DNA of 62,645 nt, filler included, from Choristocarpus tenellus KU-1152 (taxonomy: Eukaryota; Protista; Phaeophyceae): the NCBI GenBank assembly GCA_964200185.2. It is 12 parts of 12 records of this genome, joined end to end, with 100 filler letters (N's around TTAATTAATTAA, not from the genome) between each part and the next. Parts side by side here need not be neighbours in the genome. Positions count along the whole stretch, not along the records: positions 51,055 to 53,634 come from CAXNAD020026583.1; positions 53,735 to 56,498 come from CAXNAD020024950.1; positions 56,599 to 59,803 come from CAXNAD020021560.1; positions 59,904 to 62,645 come from CAXNAD020025140.1; 8 more parts are not named here. One strand, written 5' to 3'. A program made the translations under genes and the position numbers. Below are positions 52,598-62,645 of the stretch, piece after piece; positions within the stretch are counted from its first letter, which is position 1; every line of letters begins with the position of its first letter. A model generated the notes under the pieces. The model was not told the DNA's origin. It was given only the letters and a program-made list of their open reading frames with translations, and searched no databases.

Positions 52598-53531
52598 GTG
52601 GCGTTGATGCGCGATCAGCTCAAGACGGTGGGGTCTGCCGCCAAGGGAGGACAGGCAAGGTTTGCCTCGATGGTGGCTAATGTTGCAGACATTCCCAAGC
52701 CCCAGGCCCTCTTCGCTGAGGAGATTGACAATGACAGGGACTCTTCTTTCGTACCACGTTTGACTTCCAAGCCTAATGCCGTAGTGCCGTTGAATCTGGC
52801 TCCGGTGAGTTTGTATTTCTGTTCCTTTTTATTTTAAATTTTGCCCTTGTGAGAAAAAAAAAAGTTGTACCGGCTCTTTTTCTGTATTTTTAAATTTTTG
52901 TGAATTTTGTGTATTTTTTTGCAATAAAAAAAACGTTTTGAAGGAGTAGTTCGTTAGTTTTTATTTTAATTTGCTTTTTGTTCGATGCTGAGAAAATATA
53001 AGAGGGTATGGCTTGAAAAAAGAAGTGATGTTTTCTGTTCTTGTGTTTGTATTTTTTCTAACATTTCTCTGCTTATTTATTGGTGAGAAAATGTAAACAG
53101 CTTTCTTGAGTTATTTGAAAAAATATATTTCTTCTTAAGGAACGGTTAAATATTTTCTGTTTTTTCTTTTTTAAATTGTAAGAGTTAAAAAAAAACTACG
53201 GAAATACTCACATGCAATCAATGTAGTGGCCATGAAGTAAGTGGCTACATAGTGCCACAGATATTGTTTCTAGATTGTATTGCTTCACACCAGTAGTGCA
53301 TTAGTGACATATCAATATCACCAACATGTACATGTTGTCTGCGTAGCACTAGTAAGGCCCTAATCCTTGTCTCTGTTTGACCATCCTCTGGTGCCATGTC
53401 AGTGTTGTGTCACCAGCACTTTGGAGGGGAATGATGACACCTTGGCTGGAGGGGGCAGTGGCAGTTTTGACACCTACTACCCCCATCCATACGAGGCTGA
53501 GATCAGATCGTTCCATTACCTCCCTGCACAG
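52598..53531 (+). CDS. RRP6: Exosome complex exonuclease RRP6 (EXOSC10), internal exons 52598-52804 and about 53403-53531
   Basis: DIPKPQALFAEEIDNDRDSSFVPRLTSKPNAVVPL|...YPHPYEAEI; GT-AG, phase 0. Confidence 0.88.
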
Positions 53532-53829
53532 GTGGGTTATATGCGGGGAGGGAAAGGGGGAGTGGGAGTGGGAGTGGGTCATTAGTAAATAGTTTTTGAT
53601 TAGATGGAGCCTCTTTTGGGGGGACGAGTCGCCTNNNNNNNNNNNNNNNNNNNNNNNNNNNNNNNNNNNNNNNNNNNNTTAATTAATTAANNNNNNNNNN
53701 NNNNNNNNNNNNNNNNNNNNNNNNNNNNNNNNNNGGAGTAGTTCCTTGAATGCCTGTGACAGGTGGGTGTAACGACATGTACGCAACTGTTGCAAATGCC
53801 GTGTGCAAGTGTTCCTTACAAATTCACCA

Positions 53830-54264
53830 GACCCAAAGTATCTGGGGAGGGGGGGAGGGGGTCTACACCAGGGTGTCCATTTGGGCCATAACCAGAAAAA
53901 CTCTACTCTTACACTATCCATTCGATGTATGCAACCAATTCACCCAAAAATCGCAACATGAAAATATTGACCCCAAAGGAGACCGCCGCCCCCCCCGCCC
54001 CCCCAGATACAAAGTATCTTAGAGGGTACGAGTTTTGCCCTGTTTGTTCATTCGGAGCTTGGCTTCTCACGTTTTTTTTGGTAACATTTTCCTACTCCGA
54101 AATGTTTCGGAGTAGGTAACTTGTATACATTATGAAAAGGTGTGTCTGGTGGTACAAGGATTTGACACTTTTTAACAAATACGATAGCCAAAATTACATC
54201 AAATCGCAACATTATATTTTGATCACCAAAGGACGCGGTTCTACCCTTCAAGATACTTTGACTC
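53830..54264. mobile_element. Composite MITE: family A (53830-54010) fused directly to family B (54010-54264)
   Basis: Junction cccccagatac-aaagtatcttagagggtacgag. Confidence 0.9.
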
Positions 54265-54329
54265 AGGGTGCAAGACTCAGATGCCTTGGGGGGTGGTAGT
54301 GGCCATCGCGGAGGACCTCAGAATACCAA

Positions 54330-55200
54330 ATCAATATGTTCCGTCATCTATCTGAAGGAGTATGACAGTCGGATCGCAAAGGGTGAATGCATGGACCTTG
54401 TACGACACCGTAAGGGGTGATATGGCCGCCATGCAAGTATCATCAATGTTTGGAGTGTCCCAACGGTACACCACACATCCTTAAGCAAATTGGTGGGCAA
54501 AGCTGGCTCTCCCTTGCCTTCTTGTGGGATTTGTGCGAGTGGGAGAAGGTGAAGGTCAAGTTGTGGATTAAGTCAGTCCTCTCAGACAAACAGAAAGTCA
54601 AGAGGGTTGTTTCATCACCGACCACAGGCACAGGGAGGGGGAAAGTGGGGTATTAGCGGATGATCTATATGACTGGGGGCATGTGGACGAGAAGTGGTGT
54701 TACATCCTTAAAGATGATCAAGGTGTGTATCTGTACCGTACCCCACTGAAGACTCCCTCAACCCCCCATGGGCACAGAATAAGTGTTACATGACGAAGGT
54801 GATGTTCCTTGCAGCTGTGGCCCACCCTAGGAAGCTCTCCAACAGGGTGTGGTTCGATCAGGACCTGGCTAATGAGTGAAAGTGTCTTAGAGGGTACGAG
54901 TTTTTCCCTGTTTGTCCATTTGGGGCTTGGCTTCCCACGGGTTATTAATGAAATTTACCTTCTCGAAAATGTTTTGGAGTAGGTAAAATGTATTCATTAC
55001 GAAGAGGTGTGTCTGGAACAAGGATATTGACATCTCCTAACAAACATGATAGGCAAAATTACATCAAAATTGCAACATTGGATCTCGGCCCCCAAATGGA
55101 CGCGGCTCTACCCTCTAAGATACTTTGGTTCCAATGGTGGATACTACACAGTCGCTCAGTGCTCCAGCAAACACCATTCTAACACGCCAAAATTCCAATG
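54330..55200 (+). mobile_element. Mariner (PlantMar-related) transposase remnant interrupted by MITE B
   Basis: HVDEKWCYI, KCYMTKVMFLAAVAHPR, VWFD, W(P/L)MV, TVAQCSSKH. Confidence 0.85.
54874..55131. mobile_element. MITE family B, full length, TSD TAAT/CAAT
   Basis: taat|gagtgaaagtgtcttagaggg...ccctctaagatactttggttc|caat. Confidence 0.92.
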
Positions 55201-55292
55201 GCATTGTAACCCTTGCCTAACTGTTATAGCCAAGTAAACGAACAATTGAAAATCTGTCGATTTTATCTCCAAGATCAAAATCAATCGTTATA

Positions 55293-56465
55293 CTCCCTCT
55301 GTCCCATAGGTCTGGACCGTTAAGTTGTAGCTCTTCCGGATGACCTCTGATTACAAAATGAACCTTTGGGTTGGATTCCTTGGAATATTTTACATTAAAG
55401 AACTATGTCTTGCCTTTATTTGACACCGTCAACCCACTAATCCAGGGCCACTATGGAGGCCGCTCGGTCTACTTCAATTGGTCTAGCCAACCCGTCCTCC
55501 AGATGCCTTTTTTTGGTCCCAGCGTGCTGTACCTCCAATAGTTTCCCCCCAGCACCCTTAACACCTGATTATACCTCTTAAACAGACTCTGCCACACCCT
55601 CTCGAGTGTGTGTCTGTGTCGTATGTGTGGAACATGCTTGAACCCCCTCTACAAGTTCATCAATGGTGCCATAACGCTCCGCCAAAACCCTGCTCTCTTC
55701 AGAGAAGCAAAACTCTCCAAATCATTGATGTTGAGATCCAGTGACTGCGCTGGCTGCATCAAGAGCTTAATGTTCCATCCCTCCTCCATCTATGCTGCGT
55801 TCAGCCTCTGCACTATGCCCTTGCCCACGTGCAGGGTTGCGCCATCCTGCTGTATGGAGCCCCCCCCCGATTCCAGCGCCATGACATTTTTTCCTTGATT
55901 GCTGGCAACAGCTGCTCCGTGTACCACTCTAGGAATCACTTGGCGTCGAAGGTGACGTCAAACTCGTACTCCTCGCCCTTCATTTGCCGCGCTGTAGTCC
56001 GTTGCACCTCCTTCATCATTCAAACCCGCCAAAACCTGATCTTGCCGTTGAAATCATGGGAAGGATCTAGGTGCAAAACAGCGAAGATGAACATCACTTT
56101 GGGAATGTGACTCTTGTGCTGCACCTTCGTCGAGTCCACCTTTTCCTTTCCTGGTAACATGTGTGCACCGTCTCTCCTTTATGGATAGGGTTGAACCACG
56201 CCTTATCAATGTGAATGGTATTGACGCCAGTCCTGTACGTTTTACGGTTGCGGGAGATCTGGTTGAGGATGAAGTCCACTCTGTTCTTCTTGTGAGAAAA
56301 CGAAAGGCTCGAGGTGATGCGCCGCTCAAACCTCGTTGGCCCTATGGCTTCAAGTAAGTGAAGAAGCTTTGAGCTGCCAACTGCAAGGCCCGCTTCGGCG
56401 AGCTTGACGGAAATTTGGTCGATAGTCAGCGTGCAATTAGTGGCGTTGATTGCCCAGATCTTCAC
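55293..56465 (-). mobile_element. Mariner (PlantMar-related) element: one TIR plus decayed transposase
   Basis: TA|CTCCCTCTGTCCC terminus (Stowaway-type); RVDFILNQI, IHIDKAWF, SHIPKVMF, IQQDGATLH, QPAQSLDLNINDL. Confidence 0.88.
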
Positions 56466-56471
56466 TTGTTT

Positions 56472-56498
56472 GGGTCAAAGTATTTGGGGGGGCGGGCG
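56472..56498. mobile_element. MITE TIR at contig end
   Basis: gggtcaaagtatttggggggg. Confidence 0.75.
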
Positions 56499-59400
56499 NN
56501 NNNNNNNNNNNNNNNNNNNNNNNNNNNNNNNNNNNNNNNNNNTTAATTAATTAANNNNNNNNNNNNNNNNNNNNNNNNNNNNNNNNNNNNNNNNNNNNGT
56601 CAAGTCCATCCTCAATGAAATGCTCCATCCTCAATTATTGAAATCGGCTGTTCTTGGTTCCATGCTTGGAAATGTTAATATTTCTGACTCTGAACAAGTC
56701 ATAGTCCATGATTGTTAGTAGTAGTGGTGGTGGTGGCGGTGATGGTGGCCGTTTTGGTTTTGATGATTATGTGAGTGTATTTGTTTCACGTGTTACTATT
56801 GTTATTATTCGTCCTACATTATTAGTCGAGGATGATCCAGACCCAGTGGTGGTCAGAGGTATAACACATTTCTAAATTACTGATCATACTATCTATAGAT
56901 TATCTGATACACTACGACTAGTTGTACTGCCTCCCTTCCTGCCTTGCTTCTCATGTGTTGGGTTCAGCACTCTAACGTGTCGTTGCTCCATCTCCTCCCT
57001 CAAATCTTCTCCTGGACCCACCCAAGAGTTTCCACCTTGATCTTGGTCCTGCGTTTTTGCTGTATAGCACAGCAGACAGGATAGTCGAGGTGTACAATCT
57101 CCTTGTGCTTGCCATGTGGGATAGCACCTTCGACAACAGGTTTTGTATGGAAATACACATAGTTGCTAATTAATTTTCAAATAGTAAATAATTTTAGGGG
57201 GTGTCCTTCCATTCACAACTACTACTATAATTGTGTGTTTAAAATTAGTAGTCCTTGTAATAAAGTTTTTTCTCGACATGTCTGTAAGAAGTCAGATATG
57301 ATACTATGTCAGTCGGTATGTTTCTGTGCTATACAGGGTGATGAGAACCAACGCAGATGAGGTTCAGGAAGAAGGTGAGAGATGAGGTTGAGGCATGATG
57401 GAGGTAATTGATAGATCTTAAGAGTAGGATGTTGAACAATCTCCATCTCCATTGTCATTGGTTTGGTTTCGACCATTCATTGAGAAGAAAATACAATGTC
57501 ACACTTTCCTGGTTTGAATCCACGTTCATTTTGGGGTTGGAGAGAGCTGGTTGTGTATCACAGTATACCACATAATACGACAGAGTGACCTTAATGGTAC
57601 AATGTGGCGCGCGCCAATGTATATGACAGCGCGCACTTTTCGCCTTAGTCATTGCCCAAAGTTATCACTTGATGACTCATAATCATATCTAATATAAAGA
57701 ATATTGTTTCATTGATGCATATTTAGTTATTGAAGTTTTATCCTTCTCTGTCTTCAAGATGTAGACTTTTGACGTTTCACATTTTATACACACACCCCTT
57801 CAAAAATCAAAAATACATTTTAACAACGGTAGTATTATCTGCCTCTTTCAACAATAACCCCTCCCCAACGTTGTACACTTATTTTGGTGCTTGATGTGAG
57901 GCGTCCTTTGCTTTCAGGGCGGATGGAAATTGGATTCCCTCTCCAAGCAGAAGCGGCGAGGATGAGAGAGCTCGTACTACAGAGGCGATGTGCTAAAGCT
58001 TGAAGGCCTACAAGCTCGCGTCATAGCCCTCACTCAGCATCATATTGAGTCCATAGCGACAACTTGTTGAACCGTGAGATCGGCAACAGAGTCTGCTAGA
58101 GAAGGAGCGAGCGTAAGAAAGTAAGCAATATCACGCCATATGTGGGTTACATCTATCTGGCGTGCATCATGCCCTATAACCACCACAGGTTATCTTGTTT
58201 TTAGCTAAGATCTCTCCTGACTCCCTGCGATCTTTATGGATATCCTTGAGGGATCTTTTTTTAGCTGTTCACTAGATCTGGTTTCTCCACATCTGTACAC
58301 ATTGGTATCCCCTTGACGGAGTGGTGAATTTCACCAATTTTATAATCTGTTCGCTCCTACGCAGGTATATCGAACACGCTAAACCAGCTGAAAATACGGC
58401 CGAGTTGGCTGAGGTATTGGTAGTGTTCCAAGAGAAGAACTACTAGGTAGACCTTCCCACCTCGGGTATGAGCGACTCCTTGCTTGGCCGGACAATCTCA
58501 AACATTTCGAGTTATTCTTCACGAAATGGAGACACACTAGCTGGACAGAAGAAGGGTGAGCTATATATCGCAAGTTCCAATCAGTTTTATGTTATGTGAA
58601 GGGAAAAAGCGGCATGGGTGGTTGGTTGACTAACTTGACATAGTAACTCTCCACGCCTTGCTTTTTTGTCATAGCCATTTCGTTCGAGAATCCCACGAAA
58701 CTGTCCCTTGCCTCGCCTGGACTACGACCTCCACGCCGGCTGCTGCTTCTTCTGGTGCCACCCACGCAGTAAAAGGGGCCGAGGCAAGTCACGCAGATCA
58801 AGGGTGTTTCTCCTCAGCGCTGCCTTCTGAGAAGTATCAAATGAGGTTTGCATTACTAACGCCTTCTCCTGGATACTTTCAAGGGTCGCGAGCCGAGGGA
58901 GTAGAGGAGGCTTGGGTATGGGAGGGCGACATGAGGGCCAGCAAGGCAGTGGCACTTGCGCGAAAAACTTGGGCACAGCCAGGGCTCAGAACTCAGGCAG
59001 TGGCTTCCTATGGAACTGTACCCGACCTCGAGGCAAGAACTCCTTAAGATCCTTTGGGATCGAGGTTGACGTGGGGGAGATTGGGGGGCATGGGGTGGAT
59101 ACTGTGATAGTCGTTTTTAGACTTGGTATGGAGGTGGAGATCACTAAGACGTGAGGTCTTGTGTTAGTTGGAAGAGTCAGGGTTGAGATTGAATTTGGGA
59201 GGTTTGTCTGGGGCTGGGGCTGGGGTTGGTATTGTCTTCTCTAGGAAAGGTTATGAATGGGTATAGCATTGTGGGGGGAGGGGATTAGGAGGAAGGTAAG
59301 ATGAAAAATAAACATAAGATGATCGGGAAAACCCTCTGAGTTGATGTTTGGAGGAGTGTTTCGTATGACTCTACGGCAAGATATTAAGGTCTCAGTCCCC

Positions 59401-59749
59401 AAAGTTGTCATCTCTGCATTGGGATGTGTGCAGCAGGCAGTCAAGACTTAAAATGGATGGTTGGAAGAGATTTTGGAAAATATTACTCCTTTGTTTTCAC
59501 ATTCGTTCATACTTTCTGTACACAACGCCACCTGTGTAACACTTCTTCACATGAGTACACTTGCCGGTCTGGTGGCAAATGTCTGCTGGTGTGAAGGCGT
59601 TGTCAGTGGAGATTCATTTTGTGTGAGGAGTGCTTATTTTCATCCATCCATCATTCTAGAGCAGGCCAGACTCGCCAAGCTGCAGTAGATACAAGTATGC
59701 ATATTAAACTCAAAAGTCCTGAATGCTTCCCCTCAAAGCTTCTCCTGGT

Positions 59750-59803
59750 AAGTATCTAGGGGGAGGGGGGGGGGTCTACACCAGGGTGTCCATTTTGGGG
59801 GAT
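59750..59803 (+). mobile_element. MITE family A 5' part at contig end
   Basis: aagtatctagggg...ggtctacaccagggtgtccatttt. Confidence 0.8.
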
Positions 59804-60799
59804 NNNNNNNNNNNNNNNNNNNNNNNNNNNNNNNNNNNNNNNNNNNNTTAATTAATTAANNNNNNNNNNNNNNNNNNNNNNNNNNNNNNNNNNNNNNNNN
59901 NNNATATGTGTATATAAAATGTCCTCAACATAAGAATACTTCAAGACAATGCGTGGAAACCACTAATCCTACATATTGTTCTTGAGAGAATAATATCTAG
60001 TTGGTAGTAAAATAGTAAATAGATTATAGAAAAATGTCTGACATTTTCGACAACTGTTACTTTTTCACAAGCTCTAACATTTGAATGGTTTTTTATTATT
60101 GTTTTTCCACTGACACATTTAGAAAATGTCGAAGGCATCACAATAAAAATAATATATGCTTTGTTCCATTGCTAGTACAGTTGTAATCTACACCAATCTT
60201 GCTTCTTCTTCAAACCATTGTATACATCACACTATCATAGATTCCTAAGAAGTATGTTGGGTACATCATCACATTCTACTTAACAAAAAATATAACAGTG
60301 TTAACATAGGTGTCATGCCGTTCGTTGTTTCCCCCAACAAATAAATCACCCTTTCGGTGATTAGAAATAATGCCTTCTACATCAATACATAATGTACTAA
60401 GTATGTACGATCATCGCCCTTATTACCTTCACAATAATTTTACAAGTTTCCTGTTCCCGAAGTTTTTGGGCACATTAAGAAAGTACACTCTTGTTTGCAC
60501 CCTATCATACTATACTAAATTGGTTGCGACTGGAGCTGCTTCTATAACTACCACCTACTCTATAGTGATACTGATAGATTAGAGCACCAGAGAGGCGGAT
60601 AAAATACTCTACTGGGTTACTGCACAGTAGTTCAGTAGTAGTGTGCAATTTGTGGTTTCATTGTCCATTGTGACTTCTGATGGGTAGGACCTAACTAGTA
60701 TTCCAACAACAGGAAATCCCTGGTACAAGGTGGAATTCCACTGTTGGTTTGCTGGGGGATGAGTGTGAGGATCTGTAAGCCTAGAGGTCGACGTTTCTG

Positions 60800-61308
60800 A
60801 TGTCCACAGACAAAGGAAATAACGAACGGGGGGATGGTGATAGTGTTGAGTTGGGCTTTCTAAAACGGAAGTCATCAGAAGAACGAAGAGATGGACAAAA
60901 GTCGAAGGCAGAGCAGCCAACCGTGGTAGAACAGGCATTTAGCTGCATTTTCTACGCGTTGAGCAGTGTTCTAGTCATCTTTGTCAACAAGGTTGTCCTT
61001 TCTACATTCCAGTTTCCGAGCTTTGGCTTCATTGCCATGTCACAGTTCGTCGCCACTTTTCTCGTCACTACAATAGCACGAATCACAGGACGAGTGAAGG
61101 TGAGAACCACATGCGGTCCTAAGAGCTTATTTTCATCCCGTTGCAAATTTGGTACTTGAACAAATTACCACCTGTTCTGGCATATATACCCATGCTACAG
61201 ATCGTGAAGCTGAACAAGGAGAGCACGTCTGCTATTCTACCAATAATGGTCATATTTGTCCTCAACACCGTCTGTGGTCTCGGAGGCACTAAGTTCCTCA
61301 GCTTGCCG
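60800..61308 (+). CDS. Nucleotide-sugar transporter (SLC35D/TPT superfamily), 5' part; exons 60800-61099 and 61201-61308
   Basis: SCIFYALSSVLVIFVNKVVLSTFQFPS...SQF|...ILPIMVIFVLNTVCGLGGTKFLSLP; GT-AG, phase 0. Confidence 0.88.
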
Positions 61309-62645
61309 GTGAGTGCTTAGAGCTACTGTGATAAGGGTCTTCGTATCCATTGGAGGAAAATATCTGGGGGACAATAGGGATTTAGGAGAGGGTTAAGGTA
61401 GAGAAAGTACGATGGACTCTCAGAGTAGTGTAGTAGTTCATGATGTATCAGACGATCGAGTTTTTCGTCTTCATGGCACTGCCTTTGTCGTTTGATTCGA
61501 CATGCTAGGTTCCTATCTCTGTGCCTTATTTGGTAAATGGTATCATCCTCGGTTGATGGTCAGTCCTTGGACACAAAATGAACGGGTTTGAACCCTATCA
61601 CCACATAGTGGGAGAACCTTTTGCCTCAAAAGAAATACGAGGAGTGAAAGGTCCTTTTCCCCACTGGCATGGCCCCCTTCAAAGTCTCGTATGTTTGAAT
61701 CAGGCAAGTACACTGCCTCATCTAAGTCACAGATTTTTCAGCGAATTTCTCCGTTGTTCTACCAAATGCTGGTGTGGGGTTTGTGCAGTGCTTTCTTTGG
61801 TTGAAGGGAAGTGCTACTCCTCCAATAGGTGGCAAACGAGAGAGTTTGTGTGGAACATGGGGGAGGGCATATGGTTGCAGATCCATAGATAAGCACATCC
61901 TGTACATTGAGGTCGAATGCATGGAAGTATCTCCTCAGAAAAACAATAGCTAAGATTACCCGATTCAGCACGATAAACTAGCTGTCGTAAACAAGATAAT
62001 ACTTGAGAGTGTGTAGTGGGACAGTGCATTGAAGTATACTGTTTGGCCCTTGTGGTGGCATATGGCAGAGGCATGCTTTATGTACCAACCTTCATTTTTG
62101 CGATGTATATCCAGCATCCTGCAGAACCAATTGCCACACCATTTTCTGTGTTGGAGATTTTTCTGTAGAAGGGTCAAGACGCTGGGAGGTGGGGAGTGTT
62201 TTGCTTACACTGGCAGAGTAAGGCCTCTGTGTCACGTTTGCGCCAGTGGAATGGATGCCTTCGCCTTCAAACTTCACTTGCCCATCTATTTTTTTTTTAA
62301 TTTTTGATTCCGTTGTTACTATTGGGGAGTAATTTCATTATTGGGATGTGAGCCTTCCATCACCTTTTAACCTCCCTTACCCAGTTCATGCTCTAAAGGT
62401 ATTTTCTACTCTACCGGTAACAATTCCATCTGCCAATAGAAACAGGCATGCCCTTTGGTTATCGGTTGGAAGCCTGAAACCGTTTTTTTTTTCTTCCCAA
62501 TGTATGTCTCTTGAAAACTCTAACGGCAACAGCAGCGCCTGAAAATAGAACCATTGTTCTTGCGCTCCAATCATGTAGTTTTGCTCAATTTTTATTTTTT
62601 GTACGAGTGAGTAAGCAATGCAGCGTGTCACTTTTCAATACACCC

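Noticed and set aside
56972-59150. Several 60-130 aa ORFs on both strands
   Set aside because: No recognisable motifs or consistent splice chain

Overview
Eukaryotic, intron-rich, transposon-littered DNA made of 12 contig pieces joined by an artificial 100-nt linker (44 N + TTAATTAATTAA + 44 N), so neighbouring contigs need not be adjacent in the genome. The TTAGGG motif, the gene set and a possible bipartite plastid presequence suggest a photosynthetic stramenopile (inference only). Spliced host genes: SIRT4-type sirtuin, a carotenoid oxygenase exon, RAD51C (4 exons), an ankyrin-repeat exon, an inositol polyphosphate kinase with an N-terminal hydrophobic segment, a complete TyrP/HAAAP amino acid permease, RRP6 and an SLC35D-like nucleotide-sugar transporter. 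The dominant non-genic signal is about 20 full or partial copies of three MITE families. They share the terminal inverted repeat G-R-N-Y-(C/G)AAAGTATCT and mostly show 4-bp target duplications (Sola2-like). Their TIRs place a GT 8 nt inside one end and a pyrimidine tract + AG 12 nt inside the other, in either orientation, so splicing would leave a frame-preserving 24-nt scar. Also present: mariner remnants with DD40D spacing, a TA-flanked Tc1 deletion derivative, Copia/Gypsy/LINE remnants, a decayed RecQ-like helicase, a 42-bp array with open Cys-rich frames, and a 49-bp satellite carrying (TTAGGG)2. All protein calls come from motif recognition by eye; no database search was run.
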